Source: an uncultured Methylomirabilota bacterium (GTDB taxonomy: Bacteria; Methylomirabilota; Methylomirabilia; Methylomirabilales; 2-02-FULL-66-22). Taken from it: a stretch of 64,000 nt of DNA. Positions 38,048-48,883 of the stretch are shown piece by piece. The translations under genes were made by a program, and so were the position numbers. The stretch lies in the NCBI GenBank assembly GCA_963842855.1, contig CAWJHW010000004.1:536630-600629 (forward strand), given 5' to 3'. The notes under the pieces were generated by a model that was not told the DNA's origin, ran no database searches, and saw nothing but the letters and a program-made list of their open reading frames with translations. Numbering within the stretch: the first letter of the stretch is position 1; each line of letters begins with the position of its first letter.

Positions 38048-38943
38048 TGCGGCCCCTGGGCGGCATCCTCCCGAGCCTCGGGGGGAGTATCGCCCTCTCG
38101 GAATACGGGACCGGCACCGTGCAGCTCCCCGCCGAGGTGGCCGACCTGTTCCTCCTGTACCTGGAACAGCGCCTCTGGGAGGTCTGGGGCGCGGGGCGAC
38201 CCCGACTGGTGGCCGCCTGCCTGGCCGCGGCGAGGCGCGGCTCAAGTCTTGCGCGGCGGCCTGGTAAGTGATATAGATCACCCACATCCCACGGCTATCC
38301 ATGGAAGGGTGGAGCCGGCTCGGGATCGGCCCCCACGCTCTGTCCCGACCCCCCTGGCCCCTGACCCCCATTTTCCTTTGCGCGGTCACATCTCGCGAGG
38401 GTGGAATGGCTCCGGGCTCGGCGGGCCTTTTTCTTCACCAGATCTTAACGCCTGATCCCCATCCCCTGCGGTCAGGAGGCCTTTCTTCCCCCCATCCCCT
38501 CGTCCCCTTGTCTCCAAGTCTCCGTTTCTTCGATTCTCCGATGCACCCCTGCGCCCATGCACCTCGGCTCCTCTGCCGCTCCATCCCGTTTCTCCGGGTG
38601 CTCGGTGTCCCCTTGTCGCCTTGTCCCCATGTCTCCTTGTCCCTGTGTCATCGATCGGCAGCCCCCGTTCTCAGTGGAGGGAGCCTCGAGCACGCGCGCG
38701 CCGATTTTCGGTCACGGATCAGCGTTTTGTTCTCGGTAGAGTTGGGATGGACATTCGCTCGGCGGACGGCTTCCTGATGCAGCTGCGCGCACGGGCGAAT
38801 TCAGCGAAGTTTCTTTCAGAACCGACGTCCCCCATTACAACATGGCGTCCGTTCTCAATTGCTTGGCATCATACCCAGGGAGACGACCAAGTATAGGTGT
38901 GCGCGCGCAATCATGCGATGGAGCAAAGCTGAGGGCCGATGAT

Positions 38944-39393
38944 ATGGCAATGTGGTTGTATCAAATGACCGAAGGATCTCACTGGTCTCCGGAGCGGTAT
39001 AGGCAACAGGTTTGGGAAGGGAAGGAGATCGACTGGCCGGTCTCTCGTCTAGTGAAGGGTAATCTGCCCGATCCCGGCCCTGGTGATATGGTGGTGTTCT
39101 TCTTTGCGCCGACCCGGGACGGGGGAGGGATCTGTTCCGACCCTGGATTCTACGGTTGGGCCATTATCGAAGAATTTTATGAGGACCACAGAGCAAAGCC
39201 CAAGGGCTATCGCATGATGTACCGACCAGCCCCACCTTCGGACCTACGGAAGATGGCACCTTCCTGGGATCCGAAGGAGTTGCCGAAGTTGGTGGACATG
39301 ATTCGGGGGAAAGTGGCTCAGGGGGCTCTTTGGCACATCCCGTCCAAGCTCTTCGCCAATATCCGCCAAACAGTCCTTGGCGCGAAGAGGTGA
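38944..39393 (+). CDS. PUA-fold (EVE/ASCH-like) small protein, first gene of a four-gene operon
   Basis: From the internal ATG: MAMWLYQMTEGSHWSPERYRQQVWEGKEIDWPV...PGDMVVFFFAP...GFYGWAIIEE. This shows the W-L-Y...W...GD-hydrophobic...G-aromatic-G-x-A pattern of EVE-like readers. Assignment is tentative. Confidence 0.5.
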   Translation: MAMWLYQMTEGSHWSPERYRQQVWEGKEIDWPVSRLVKGNLPDPGPGDMVVFFFAPTRDGGGICSDPGFYGWAIIEEFYEDHRAKPKGYRMMYRPAPPSDLRKMAPSWDPKELPKLVDMIRGKVAQGALWHIPSKLFANIRQTVLGAKR

Positions 39394-39485
39394 GGACTAC
39401 GGTGTGAAATTGCTGTCGACGAAAGATCTCCTTTGGGGCGAGATGGTTGGCCCGATAAAGGTATTCGCATAGGGGGCGAGGACAA

Positions 39486-40754
39486 ATGGAATTCAAATTC
39501 ATCCTTGCAGCGGACGTTCACCTTGACAGCCCCCTGGTGGGCCTGTCGCGCTACGAGGGAGTCCCCCTGGATGTACTTCGGGGCGCAACTCGCGAGGCCT
39601 TCGGTAACCTAGTTTCGATCGCGGCCGTAGAGAAGGTTGCCTTCATGCTCCTTTCGGGTGATCTCTACGATGGGGAGTGGAAGGATTACCACACCGGACT
39701 GTTCCTCACGCACCAGCTCTCCCGTCTCCGAGAGGCCGGCGTGAAGGTCTACACTATCTACGGTAACCATGACGCCGAGAGCCGGATGACCAAGTCCCTC
39801 CGTCTGCCAGATAACGTGAAAGTTCTGTCCACGAAATCCCCGGAGACCGTCTTGTTAGAGGAACTCGGGGTGGCAATTCACGGCCAGGGGTTCGCTAAGC
39901 GAGACGTCATGGAGAACCTCGCCGAACAATACCCGGAAACCCGGAAGGGCCTTTTCAACATTGGCATGCTTCACACGGCACTCACCGGCGCTGAAGGGCA
40001 CGAGCCGTACGCTCCCTGCACCCTGGGGACACTCCAGTCGAAGGGATACGACGTGTGGGCGCTAGGGCATGTCCACGCACGGAAAGTGCACAGCGAGGAA
40101 CCTCTGATACTGTACCCGGGGAACACCCAGGGGCGGCACGCCCGGGAGACTGGTCCTAAGGGATGCACCCTGGTTTCCGTGGAAGACGGCCGGGTGGCGG
40201 CGCTTGAGCATCGGAACCTCCACGTGGTGCGGTGGGAGGTGATTCCCGTGGACGCCTCCGGCCTGTCTGCCGCGGGTGATGTCGTCGACGCTGCCGTAGC
40301 CACGGTGGAGGCAGAATCTGGCAAGGGAGGCGGAGAGGTTCTTGCGGTAAGGCTCGTCATCGAAGGAGCATGCCAGGCCCATCGTGAACTGGTGGCCGAT
40401 CCTGAGAAGTGGACCGCGGAAGTTCGAGCTGCCGTTGCTGCTGCTACTGGTGAGGGGGCCTGGGTGGAGAAGGTGAGGATTCTGACAGCAGCGGAGGCAG
40501 ACCCTTCCATCTTAAGGTCAGGTTTGGATCCCCTGGCGGATCTGGTCCGATACATCGATGGGCTATCCGCGACGGACGAACTCGGGACCCTGCTGGCTGA
40601 AGACGTCAGGTCCCTAAGGGAGAAGCTTCCGCCAGAAGTTTTTCAAGCGGAGGGAGTGGTCACTCCTGATTCAATGCACGCGGTGTCCAGGCTGCTGGAA
40701 CACGCCAAAGGGATGCTTGTTCAACGGATTCTGGCTTCGGGGGCGGGGAAATGA
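39486..40754 (+). CDS. SbcD/Mre11-like metallophosphoesterase (YhaO-type DNA repair exonuclease)
   Basis: FILAADVHLDS, LLSGDLYDG, IYGNHD, ...GMLH..., ALGHVH are calcineurin-like phosphoesterase motifs I-V. The stop overlaps the next start (ATGA). Confidence 0.8.
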   Translation: MEFKFILAADVHLDSPLVGLSRYEGVPLDVLRGATREAFGNLVSIAAVEKVAFMLLSGDLYDGEWKDYHTGLFLTHQLSRLREAGVKVYTIYGNHDAESRMTKSLRLPDNVKVLSTKSPETVLLEELGVAIHGQGFAKRDVMENLAEQYPETRKGLFNIGMLHTALTGAEGHEPYAPCTLGTLQSKGYDVWALGHVHARKVHSEEPLILYPGNTQGRHARETGPKGCTLVSVEDGRVAALEHRNLHVVRWEVIPVDASGLSAAGDVVDAAVATVEAESGKGGGEVLAVRLVIEGACQAHRELVADPEKWTAEVRAAVAAATGEGAWVEKVRILTAAEADPSILRSGLDPLADLVRYIDGLSATDELGTLLAEDVRSLREKLPPEVFQAEGVVTPDSMHAVSRLLEHAKGMLVQRILASGAGK

Positions 40755-42731
40755 GGTTGATCTCTCTGGACTTGATCGCGTACGGGAACTTTACGAACCG
40801 CAGCCTCGTGTTTCCAGAAGGCAAGCGGTTGTATGTCATCTACGGTCCGAACGAGGCGGGAAAGAGCACGTGCATCAGGGCGCTCCGGGGCTTTCTCTAC
40901 GGGATCCCGGAGACCACGAGGGATGACTTCTTGCATGAGAGTAAGCAGCTCCGGGTTGGAGGCATCCTGTTGCGTTCGGATGGGGAGAAACTTTCTATCG
41001 TCAGGCGGAAGGGTCGCAAGGACACGCTCCTTGGCCCTGACGGACGCCCGCTACCGGAAGAAACAGTGCGATCCTTTCTGGGCGGGGTCGACAGGGAGAC
41101 GTATGTCCGTGTGTTTGGGATGAGCCGGGACGAACTGATATCCGGCGGGCAAGCCCTCATGGAAGGAAAGGGCGGTGTGGGCGAGAGCCTCTTCGCCGCG
41201 GGCCTCGGTGGGGCGGATCTCAAAAGTCTACTTGAAGCGCTGGAATCCGAGGCACAAGAACTGTTTAAGCCGGGTGGGAGTAACCCGAAGTTAAACCTGG
41301 AAACGAGGTCTTACAGAGAATTGAAGAGCAAGATCCGTGAGCTTTCTCTTCTCCCCAAGGACTGGGAGGAACTCGATGGCACAGTTTCCGCCCTTGAGGA
41401 TCGTTCCAAACAGCTCAAGGAGCAGATTGCGCGGCTGTCGGCGGAGAAAGATCGCCTTGGGCGGGTCAGCGACGCCTTGCCTATCGTTGCGGAACTCAAA
41501 GAGCATCGGAAGACACGCGCAGACATGGGAGAAGTGAAGGTTCTCCGGGAGGGGTTCTCCGCGGAGCGGGCCAAGGCCCAGATGGAGATCGCAGGGGCCC
41601 TGGCGGCCGAGAAGACCGCAAGCGACAGGATCGGCGAAATCGATACGGAACTCGGGAACCTGATCGTTCCAGAGGGTCTCTTGGCCCAAGAGACGACAGT
41701 GCAGGGCTTGGTCGAAGGGTTAGGTAGCGTCCTGAAGGCCCAACAGGACCTGCCCCGGGTTCAGGGGCAAGTGCTCGAGGCCATTCAAGCTGCCAAAGGG
41801 ATCCTCGCTGAACTTCGCCCAGACCTCACCCTGGAGTCCGCTGGTGTCTTGCGCCTTACAGTGGAACGAGTCGACCTGATCAGGCGTTTGGCGGAGGAGC
41901 ACGGCAAGCTGGCGATCAGGCGACAGTCCGCCGCCGACAAGATATCGGAGAATGCCCAAAAACTTGCCGAGGCGGAGAGAAAACTTTCTGGCCTCCCGGA
42001 GACAAGGAACGCATCAGAACTGGAGGGATCGGTGGGCACCGTGCGCAGGAAAGGTGATCTGGTAAAAGCCCACCTCGATGCGCAGTTCGAGGCCCACGGT
42101 GCCAGAGAAAATGCCGAGGCGGCCCTGAAGGGATTATCGCTTTGGTCAGGAACTCTGGAGGCTCTTGCGTCTCTGCCACTCCCCCCCGAAAAGACGATCG
42201 ATGAGTTTGAAAAAACCTTCGAGGCGCTCGACGACAGCCTGAAAAAGATACGAAATGCCCTCGCCGAGACAAAGGAGAAGATCGGAGAGATCGACGGCAA
42301 CTTGAGGACCCTGAAGCTGGCGGGTGAGCCCCCCACTGAGGAGGATCTCACGGCTGCCCGTGGTCACCGGGAGCGGGGTTGGGCTCTCGTGCGATCGGCA
42401 TGGCTGGACGGGAAGCGGGACGAAGTTGCGGAAACGACTTTTGATCCATCCCTTCCTCTGGAGCAGGCATACGAAAGAAGCGTCCTGAATGCCGACGGCG
42501 TGGCTGACAGGATGCGCCGGGAGGCGGAGGGGGTGGCCCACAAGGCAGGTCTCCTCGCCGACCGCAGGCTTCAGCAGGAGCGAGGAGAAGACCTGTCCCG
42601 GGAAATCGAGCAGCTCGAAGAGCAGCGGAAAGGCGTGGAAAAAGAATGGACCTCCCGGTGGGCCCCTGCCGGGATTGTCCCGATGTTGCCCCGGGAAATG
42701 CGTGCCTGGATGGCCAACTGGAAAGAACTAG

Positions 42732-44208
42732 TACTACTGTGTCATAAACGTTCTGGCCGGGAGCCGTTCGCTCCGCAGGCCGGGCAGTAGGGGAGCCCCG
42801 CCACGAGCATGCGCGCGTGCAGAATCCGCTGCGTGGCAATGGACGCCGGGTTATGCCGTTGCGGCCTTGCGGGGGGAGCCCCGCGGGACGAAACGCCGGG
42901 GTAGCGGAGCGGGCTTGAGGAAGGCAACAGCCTGAGGGGGGGAAAGGCGGCCACGCTCGGCCGCGAGGAAGCAATACGCGGCCATACATAAGCCCCCGTG
43001 GTGATGGAAGCCCCTCCAGCCTCGCCCCTCGTAGTGATCGAGCCCAAGCTCATCCTTGAGCTCCTCGAAGTCCCGCTCGATCCGCCAGCGGATCTTCGCG
43101 AGCGAGACGAGTTCCATGAGATCCACGTCCTCGGGTACGGTCGAGAGCCAGTACTTCGTGGGATCCGGCGTCCCCGCCGGCCACTCGATGACGATCCATT
43201 CGATGGGCCGGGGTTCGCTGCGGAGCTCGTCGCGGTGCGCGGGGCGGACCCGTGCCGCCGCGAAGCGCGACACCAGGGTGCCGTTCGTCCCCTCGCGCCA
43301 CCGGACCGTCTTCCACGCCTTCGTCGGAAGCAAGTCGGCGAGGGTGCGCGCCGAGACGGGTGGATGTTGCGCAGCTCTTCGCAGGCGCGTGGGAGGCCGT
43401 CCCCGCCCCGTGCGGCGCCCGGGCGGGAGGGGCTCCTTTCCCGGCGGCCAGACACTCGTCTCGCCCTTGATCCCGAGCACGTACGAGAAGCCGCGCTCGG
43501 TGAGCCCCTCGCGGAAGTCCGTGGTGTCGCCGTAAGCGGCGTCCGCCACCACCGGAGCGGGTGGCAGATCCTCCGCGAGCAAAGCATCGATCTCCTCGAG
43601 CGCCATCCGCCACTTCTCGAGGAAGACAACGTCCCGCGGGATGCCTGCCAGCGCCCGGCGCTTGGGATCCTTCGCCCACTCGTCGGGAAGATACAGATGC
43701 CAAGCCGCCGGCACGCTCATCGTCTTGTTCGCGAGCGAAACGGAAACCGCCACCTGGCAGTTCTCCTGCTTGCCCAACACGCCGCAGTATTGCCGGGCAA
43801 CGCCGACCGAATGCTTCCCCTTCTTGGGGATCGCGGTGTCGTCCACGACCCACGCCGCCACGGGCGCGTGACGCTCGAGCTGCGCGAGGGCGACGTCCCG
43901 GGCCACGGCGAGCACCGCGCGATCCTCCCAGGGTGCCTTCGCCACGAAATGGTGCATGGACTGGTGGGCGCGACTGACATGCCGCGGATCGATCTTCGCC
44001 GCCATGGGCTCCACGCTCTTCCGCTCCCCGGACAGCAGCAGTCCGGTCAGATACGCCTCGAGCGGCCACCGGCGGTCGGCGTGGCCGACCGCCTCGGCCA
44101 GTCGTGTGACGTAGCGGTCGAACCGGATGCGGTCCACAGCGCGAGTCACCATGGGTCATTCTGTCACTCCGGGCGATCCGCCGTCAAGTATTTTATGACA
44201 CAGTAGTA
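42732..44208 (-). mobile_element. IS701-family insertion sequence (1477 bp) with CTAG target duplication
   Basis: Terminal inverted repeats TACTACTGTGTCATAAA (42732-42748) and TTTATGACACAGTAGTA (44192-44208). CTAG at 42728-42731 and 44209-44212. Confidence 0.8.
42851..44152 (-). CDS. IS701 family (DDE) transposase
   Basis: 433 aa with ...RKSVEPMA...WVVDDTAIPKKG.HSVGVARQYCG.LGK..NCQV.VS...VVADAAYG...IRWRIERDFEELKDELGLDHYEGRGWRGFHHH, characteristic of IS701. Confidence 0.8.
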   Translation of the reverse strand: MVTRAVDRIRFDRYVTRLAEAVGHADRRWPLEAYLTGLLLSGERKSVEPMAAKIDPRHVSRAHQSMHHFVAKAPWEDRAVLAVARDVALAQLERHAPVAAWVVDDTAIPKKGKHSVGVARQYCGVLGKQENCQVAVSVSLANKTMSVPAAWHLYLPDEWAKDPKRRALAGIPRDVVFLEKWRMALEEIDALLAEDLPPAPVVADAAYGDTTDFREGLTERGFSYVLGIKGETSVWPPGKEPLPPGRRTGRGRPPTRLRRAAQHPPVSARTLADLLPTKAWKTVRWREGTNGTLVSRFAAARVRPAHRDELRSEPRPIEWIVIEWPAGTPDPTKYWLSTVPEDVDLMELVSLAKIRWRIERDFEELKDELGLDHYEGRGWRGFHHHGGLCMAAYCFLAAERGRLSPPQAVAFLKPAPLPRRFVPRGSPRKAATA

Positions 44209-45897
44209 CTAGTACGAGAGGCGTCGGAGATCCGGAAGTTGGACGGCCAAATCAAGAAGATCGCTGGAGAAATCGAAGAAAGCAGACACACGCTTCTCGA
44301 TCAGCTTGCTGCCCTGGGAGAGCCAGCCCCTCCGGAAGGATCCTCCCTGGAGGCAATCCTCCTTCGGGCCGAGGAGGTTATTCGATCTGCGAAGGACCTG
44401 AAGGTTAGCCGTGAGGGCCTCGAGAAGGAGATCGACGAAGGCATAAAGGGGAAGGCCAAGGCGGAAGAGGAAGAAAGGAAGGAAGCCGCGGCGTCCGCAC
44501 AGTGGGACAAGGACTGGGCGGCGGCCGTCAAAGGACTGCGCGAAGGTCTCTCGGTAACGGCAGCCGTCGCTTTTCTGGACAAGTGCTCCGCCCTCTCGAA
44601 GAAGCTGGACGACGCTGAGAAGGACAAGGTCCGCATAGAAGGCATGAAAAGCGACATCAAGGAGTTCGGGGACAATGTGGCGGGATTCCTCGCACGGCAT
44701 GCGCCCGATCTCGCTGGCATGCCGGTGGACCAAGCCGTACGGGAAATGTCTTCAAGGGTGTCCAAGGCCAAGGCGGATGCGGCCTCAAGGGCGAAGCTAT
44801 CCGGCGAACGGGCTACCAGGAAAAGGGACTTGGACAAGGCGAGGGAGACGATCCGGCGAACGTCCGAGCAGCTCGCAGCCCTCCGCCGGGAAGCCGGATG
44901 CGAGACCGATGAGGGAATTCCCGACGCGGAGGCGCGCTCGGAGTCAGCTCGTTCCCTGGATGAAAGAATGGCTGAACTCACTGGGCAAGTTCTGGTGCTG
45001 GCCGCCGGTAGGAAGCTGGAGGAATTTGCCGGGGAGGTGGAGGAAAAGAATCCTGAGCAGATCCGGCAGGAACTCGCAAAGCTAGAGACGCACCTGAGCG
45101 AGGTGCAGGAAGAGTACGGGCGGGTCTGGAAAAACTCGGGCGCTGCAAGTGAACGGCTCCGGGCGATGGATGGCCGCCCTGACGCCGCTCGGGCTGCCCA
45201 GGAGGCTCAGGAGACGTTGGTGTTTTTGAGGGAGAACGTGGAGCGGTATCTTCGCATCAGGCTTGGGGCAATGATCCTTCGGACCCAGATCGACCGATAC
45301 CGCGAGAAAAGTCAGGGGCCCCTGCTGAAGCGAGCGGCGGAGCTGTTCACCCTGGTGACCCAAAGAAGCTTCGTTGGCCTTGAGCCTGATTATGGCTCTA
45401 GCGACGAACCCGTCCTGGTCGGGGTGCGCGAAAACGGGGAGAGAGTAGGCATTGCTGGAATGAGTGACGGGACACAGCCCCAGCTTTACCTAGCTCTTCG
45501 ACTCGCCTCACTAGAGAGATTCATCGCTGGCGGAGAGACGCTTCCCCTTTTGGTGGATGATGCGCTGGTCGACTTCGACGATGATCGTACCCAGGCAGCC
45601 ATGGAGCTTTTGGCAGACTTGGGCGAAAAAGGCCAAGTCATCTTCTTCACGCACCACCAGCACATGGTAGAGTTGGCAAGAGAGGCTATAGAGGAACCGA
45701 TTCTTCATATTCAGAATCTCGTCGAGACGGGAGGAAGGGGTTGACCCGGACAGTCCTGCCCGATTACCTTATCTGTCTGCTTGCGCTTTCCCGAGTCGGT
45801 TGGACGCACAAGTTGAATTGAGCCTGAAACGCGCTGAGCGCCTGCGGCATGCAATCTTGAGAAATGCCTTCTCTGTCGTGGAGGAGAGTCAACTGCA

Positions 45898-48801
45898 ATG
45901 AAATATGAGCTACCAGAAAACCACGGCCTTTCTGCTCCGATCATCGCCCATCTCGTATTCAAAGATGGCGACAAGCCTTTGCTTACGGACGCTCAATTCG
46001 AGGCGCTTCGAGCCGGCATTGGTTGCGGCAAGAGCGGGCTTGTTGTCTCCCCGACGTCTACCGGGAAGACGCAAATCGCACTCTGGGCAATCGCCAGTGG
46101 CATCGAAGACGGCTGCAACACAGTCTATCTGGTGACTCACCGAGCTCTGGCCAAACAAAAGTTCGATGACTTTAAGACACTTCTTTTGAGAACCTTCCTC
46201 GGAGGTAACGGGTCTGCTCTAGTCATGGCGACGGGGGATTATGTCGAGGACGCGGATGGCGCCACCCCGCCCGAACCGCTCAGGGCGTCTCTTCTGGTTG
46301 CGACCTATGAGAAGTACCTTGCTCTCCTGGCCGCCTCAGGAATTCCCGGTGACATGACCTCCACCGTTTTGGTCTGCGACGAGATGCAGCTTATCGGCGA
46401 TGAGCACCGTGGGCAAAACGTGGAGGTCCTCTTGACCCTAATTCGAAACGCTGGTTGGCGGCAGTTCGTAGGGCTCTCGGCCGTTCTGGACCCCAAGGAC
46501 GCGAAGGACCTCGCGGACTGGCTTAACGTGACTCTTGTTGACCAGCATACGCGGGAGAAGCATCTACGGTATGAATGCTGGACGCCCAAAGGTATCGCGG
46601 CTGTAACTTCCTACAGTCCAGATGATATTCAGGAGGGACTCCCTGCGCCTGTCGGTGTGGTGCTAGACCCACTGTCAATACTTACTTTTCTCCTGAATCA
46701 GAAGTCACGGCCAGTGCCAATCATAGTTTTCTGCATGCGTAAGCAGGACACCTACAACCTTGCCGAGAGGTTTCTGGCCGGTCGTGGAAAAGGCGTGCAA
46801 CGACAGCTTTCACTCGCCTTTGAAGCTCTGCCGGAAACGTCCGCTAACAGGTTCCTTACCAGGGCGGTAGCTCAGCGGGTCGCTATTCATAATGCGGATC
46901 TCACCGATGAGGAGCGGGAAATTGTCGAGGAACATCTTCTCTGGGGAAAGTTGGACGTCGTGTTCGCGACATCAACCTTGGCGGCCGGTGTGAACTTCCC
47001 TTTGGGTGCGGCCATCTTCGCAAGCTGGTATCGTTGGGATTTCGATAGGCGAGGGAACGTGCCCATCGAGAGCGCTGAATTCCACAACATGGCGGGACGT
47101 GTTGGTCGGATGGGGTTCGAGCACAAGCAAGGCCAAGTCATATTCGTGGCGACTAGCGAAGCTGAGATTCGCATCGCTAGGCGATACCTCACCCTCGGCG
47201 CCATGCCGTCCCTGGAGCCGCGAGTTGCTCCGGAGCGCTTCAACCAACTCGTGCTCCAGTTAACCGCATCCGGTCTATGCAATTCCAGAAATGGCGCAGA
47301 ACAGCTAGCCTGTACCACATTCAGCGCCCTACGAGAGCAGGATAGAAACAACGCCGCCTTTGCTAGGTGGCCTGCGCTGTTGGCTAATGCGATCACCGAA
47401 TTGCTCGATGAGGGACTGCTGATCGAGACGAGTACCGGGAAGCTTAGCGCTACTCCCGTGGGCAGGGCGGTTGGCCATAGCGGTCTGCTACCGGAAACCG
47501 GTGTGTTCCTTATGAACTATGCGTCAAACAAAGCAGAGAAGCTCGCTCAGTACCTGCCGACCCCAGGTAACACTGGGGAGGCGCCACGCCTTGCGTTCCT
47601 GCTTTTCTGTGCATGCTTCTCTGCGCCTGAGTTCCGACCATGCGACGGAAAGTCCCCCACGCGTTTCCTGCCGTGGCCTCTGGACAGGGATACACTGTTC
47701 GATGCCGACCAATACCGAGACGATCTCCCTGAGCCGGTGTGGCAGGCGGATTTGTTTCCAATTAACGCCGCGAAGCTGAGCGTGGATTGGATAGAGGGGG
47801 CGGACATTGCTGCACTCGAGGCGAGCCTCCCACAACTCAGTGCAGGGATGCTCCGAGACATGTTCCGAAACCTGGCCTGGGTGCTGCAAGGTTTCGCTTC
47901 GACCGTCGCCGCGGCGGTTGATCCAAGGACTCCCGCCGGCTGGCGCCCGAAAGCACTGCGTCGACCGGACGCGAGGTTGGATCTTCTTGCTAGGCTTCCG
48001 CGCGTTGCTCGCCGACTTAGCTTTCGCGTCGCCGAAGGATTGCCGGACGACGTCCTCTGGATGACGGGTATAGTGGCCCCGGATTCGGAGTACAGGATAT
48101 CCCGCGACGAGATTCTCGCGCTACGAAACCTTGGATACAAGACGCCCCAGCAAGTAATGCTTGGTTCCCCGCAAGCCAACCAAGCTCGGATTACTGCTCT
48201 TGCCAAGGCGAAGCCGGCGCCAGAGGTCAAGGCGAACTGGCTTCGGGACACCTGTCGAAATTGGAAGATAATACAACGTAAGCGAGCCGCGGAGAGGCAT
48301 CTGAAGAGAGCTCGCCGTTGCCCACACGTTGGGCTCGTCGAGGACTTTTACGGAACCAAGGGAATGGCCTTCGAAAGGGTCTTGGAAGCAATTCTGTCTG
48401 TTCTCAAGATTGCGTACGAGAGACTCGACGACAAGACCAAGACAGGGGCTCCCGACTACCTGATTCGACTCGAGGACTCGCCGCCGCTCATTCTGGAGCT
48501 CAAATCGAAAGAGGGTGACAAGCTTGTCGACTACAACAAGGCAGTGGAAGTACTTGCTGCGTCAGAGATTCATGGCTACGCGGCGACCTTCTGCGTGACC
48601 CTATGCCACCCGGGGGTAGATCCTAGCGTACCGATGGCGATCGCGGCATGCGGCCGGTTGAGCGTCGTAGAAAGCAGCGATCTGGGCGAAGCCCTACTGC
48701 GTGTCTGCGAAGGCTCGCTTACCCAGAAACAGCTTTGGCATTGGCTGGCCAGCCCCGGACAGGCACTGGCTGCGGATCTCCCCTTTCGCGATTACGTCTA
48801 G
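45898..48801 (+). CDS. Ski2/Hel308-like DExx-box helicase fused to a C-terminal PD-(D/E)xK nuclease-like domain
   Basis: VVSPTSTGKTQIAL (motif I), LVCDEMQLIGDEHRG (motif II), GLSAV, ...VVFATSTLAAGVNFP..., ...HNMAGRVGRMG (motif VI). C-terminal ...GAPDYLIRLEDSPPLILELKSKEG fits D...E-x-K. Visibly lower GC than the flanks. Confidence 0.75.
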   Translation: MKYELPENHGLSAPIIAHLVFKDGDKPLLTDAQFEALRAGIGCGKSGLVVSPTSTGKTQIALWAIASGIEDGCNTVYLVTHRALAKQKFDDFKTLLLRTFLGGNGSALVMATGDYVEDADGATPPEPLRASLLVATYEKYLALLAASGIPGDMTSTVLVCDEMQLIGDEHRGQNVEVLLTLIRNAGWRQFVGLSAVLDPKDAKDLADWLNVTLVDQHTREKHLRYECWTPKGIAAVTSYSPDDIQEGLPAPVGVVLDPLSILTFLLNQKSRPVPIIVFCMRKQDTYNLAERFLAGRGKGVQRQLSLAFEALPETSANRFLTRAVAQRVAIHNADLTDEEREIVEEHLLWGKLDVVFATSTLAAGVNFPLGAAIFASWYRWDFDRRGNVPIESAEFHNMAGRVGRMGFEHKQGQVIFVATSEAEIRIARRYLTLGAMPSLEPRVAPERFNQLVLQLTASGLCNSRNGAEQLACTTFSALREQDRNNAAFARWPALLANAITELLDEGLLIETSTGKLSATPVGRAVGHSGLLPETGVFLMNYASNKAEKLAQYLPTPGNTGEAPRLAFLLFCACFSAPEFRPCDGKSPTRFLPWPLDRDTLFDADQYRDDLPEPVWQADLFPINAAKLSVDWIEGADIAALEASLPQLSAGMLRDMFRNLAWVLQGFASTVAAAVDPRTPAGWRPKALRRPDARLDLLARLPRVARRLSFRVAEGLPDDVLWMTGIVAPDSEYRISRDEILALRNLGYKTPQQVMLGSPQANQARITALAKAKPAPEVKANWLRDTCRNWKIIQRKRAAERHLKRARRCPHVGLVEDFYGTKGMAFERVLEAILSVLKIAYERLDDKTKTGAPDYLIRLEDSPPLILELKSKEGDKLVDYNKAVEVLAASEIHGYAATFCVTLCHPGVDPSVPMAIAACGRLSVVESSDLGEALLRVCEGSLTQKQLWHWLASPGQALAADLPFRDYV

Positions 48802-48883
48802 CGTCAGCCGGGCGACTGATCAGACGTGGAGTGCGGGACCCGGCCGTTTCTTTCGTGTCAAGGTAGATTCCTCGGCCTGTCAA

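Larger units (their letters stand above)
40751..45744 (+). pseudogene. SbcC/Rad50-like (YhaN-type) coiled-coil ABC ATPase, interrupted by an IS701-family element
   Basis: N-terminus MRLISLDLIAYGNFTN...VIYGPNEAGKST (Walker A) and a long coiled coil. C-terminus ...GMSDGTQPQLYLALRLA...PLLVDDALVDFDD. Removing 42732-44212 joins ...WMANWKELV to REASEIRKLDGQIKK in frame, for about 1170 aa. Confidence 0.8.

Noticed and set aside
38461-38660. Short phased repeats considered as a possible CRISPR array or minisatellite.
   Set aside because: The units are only 8 nt, degenerate and have no spacers, so there is no CRISPR-like repeat-spacer organisation. No cas genes are present in the window.
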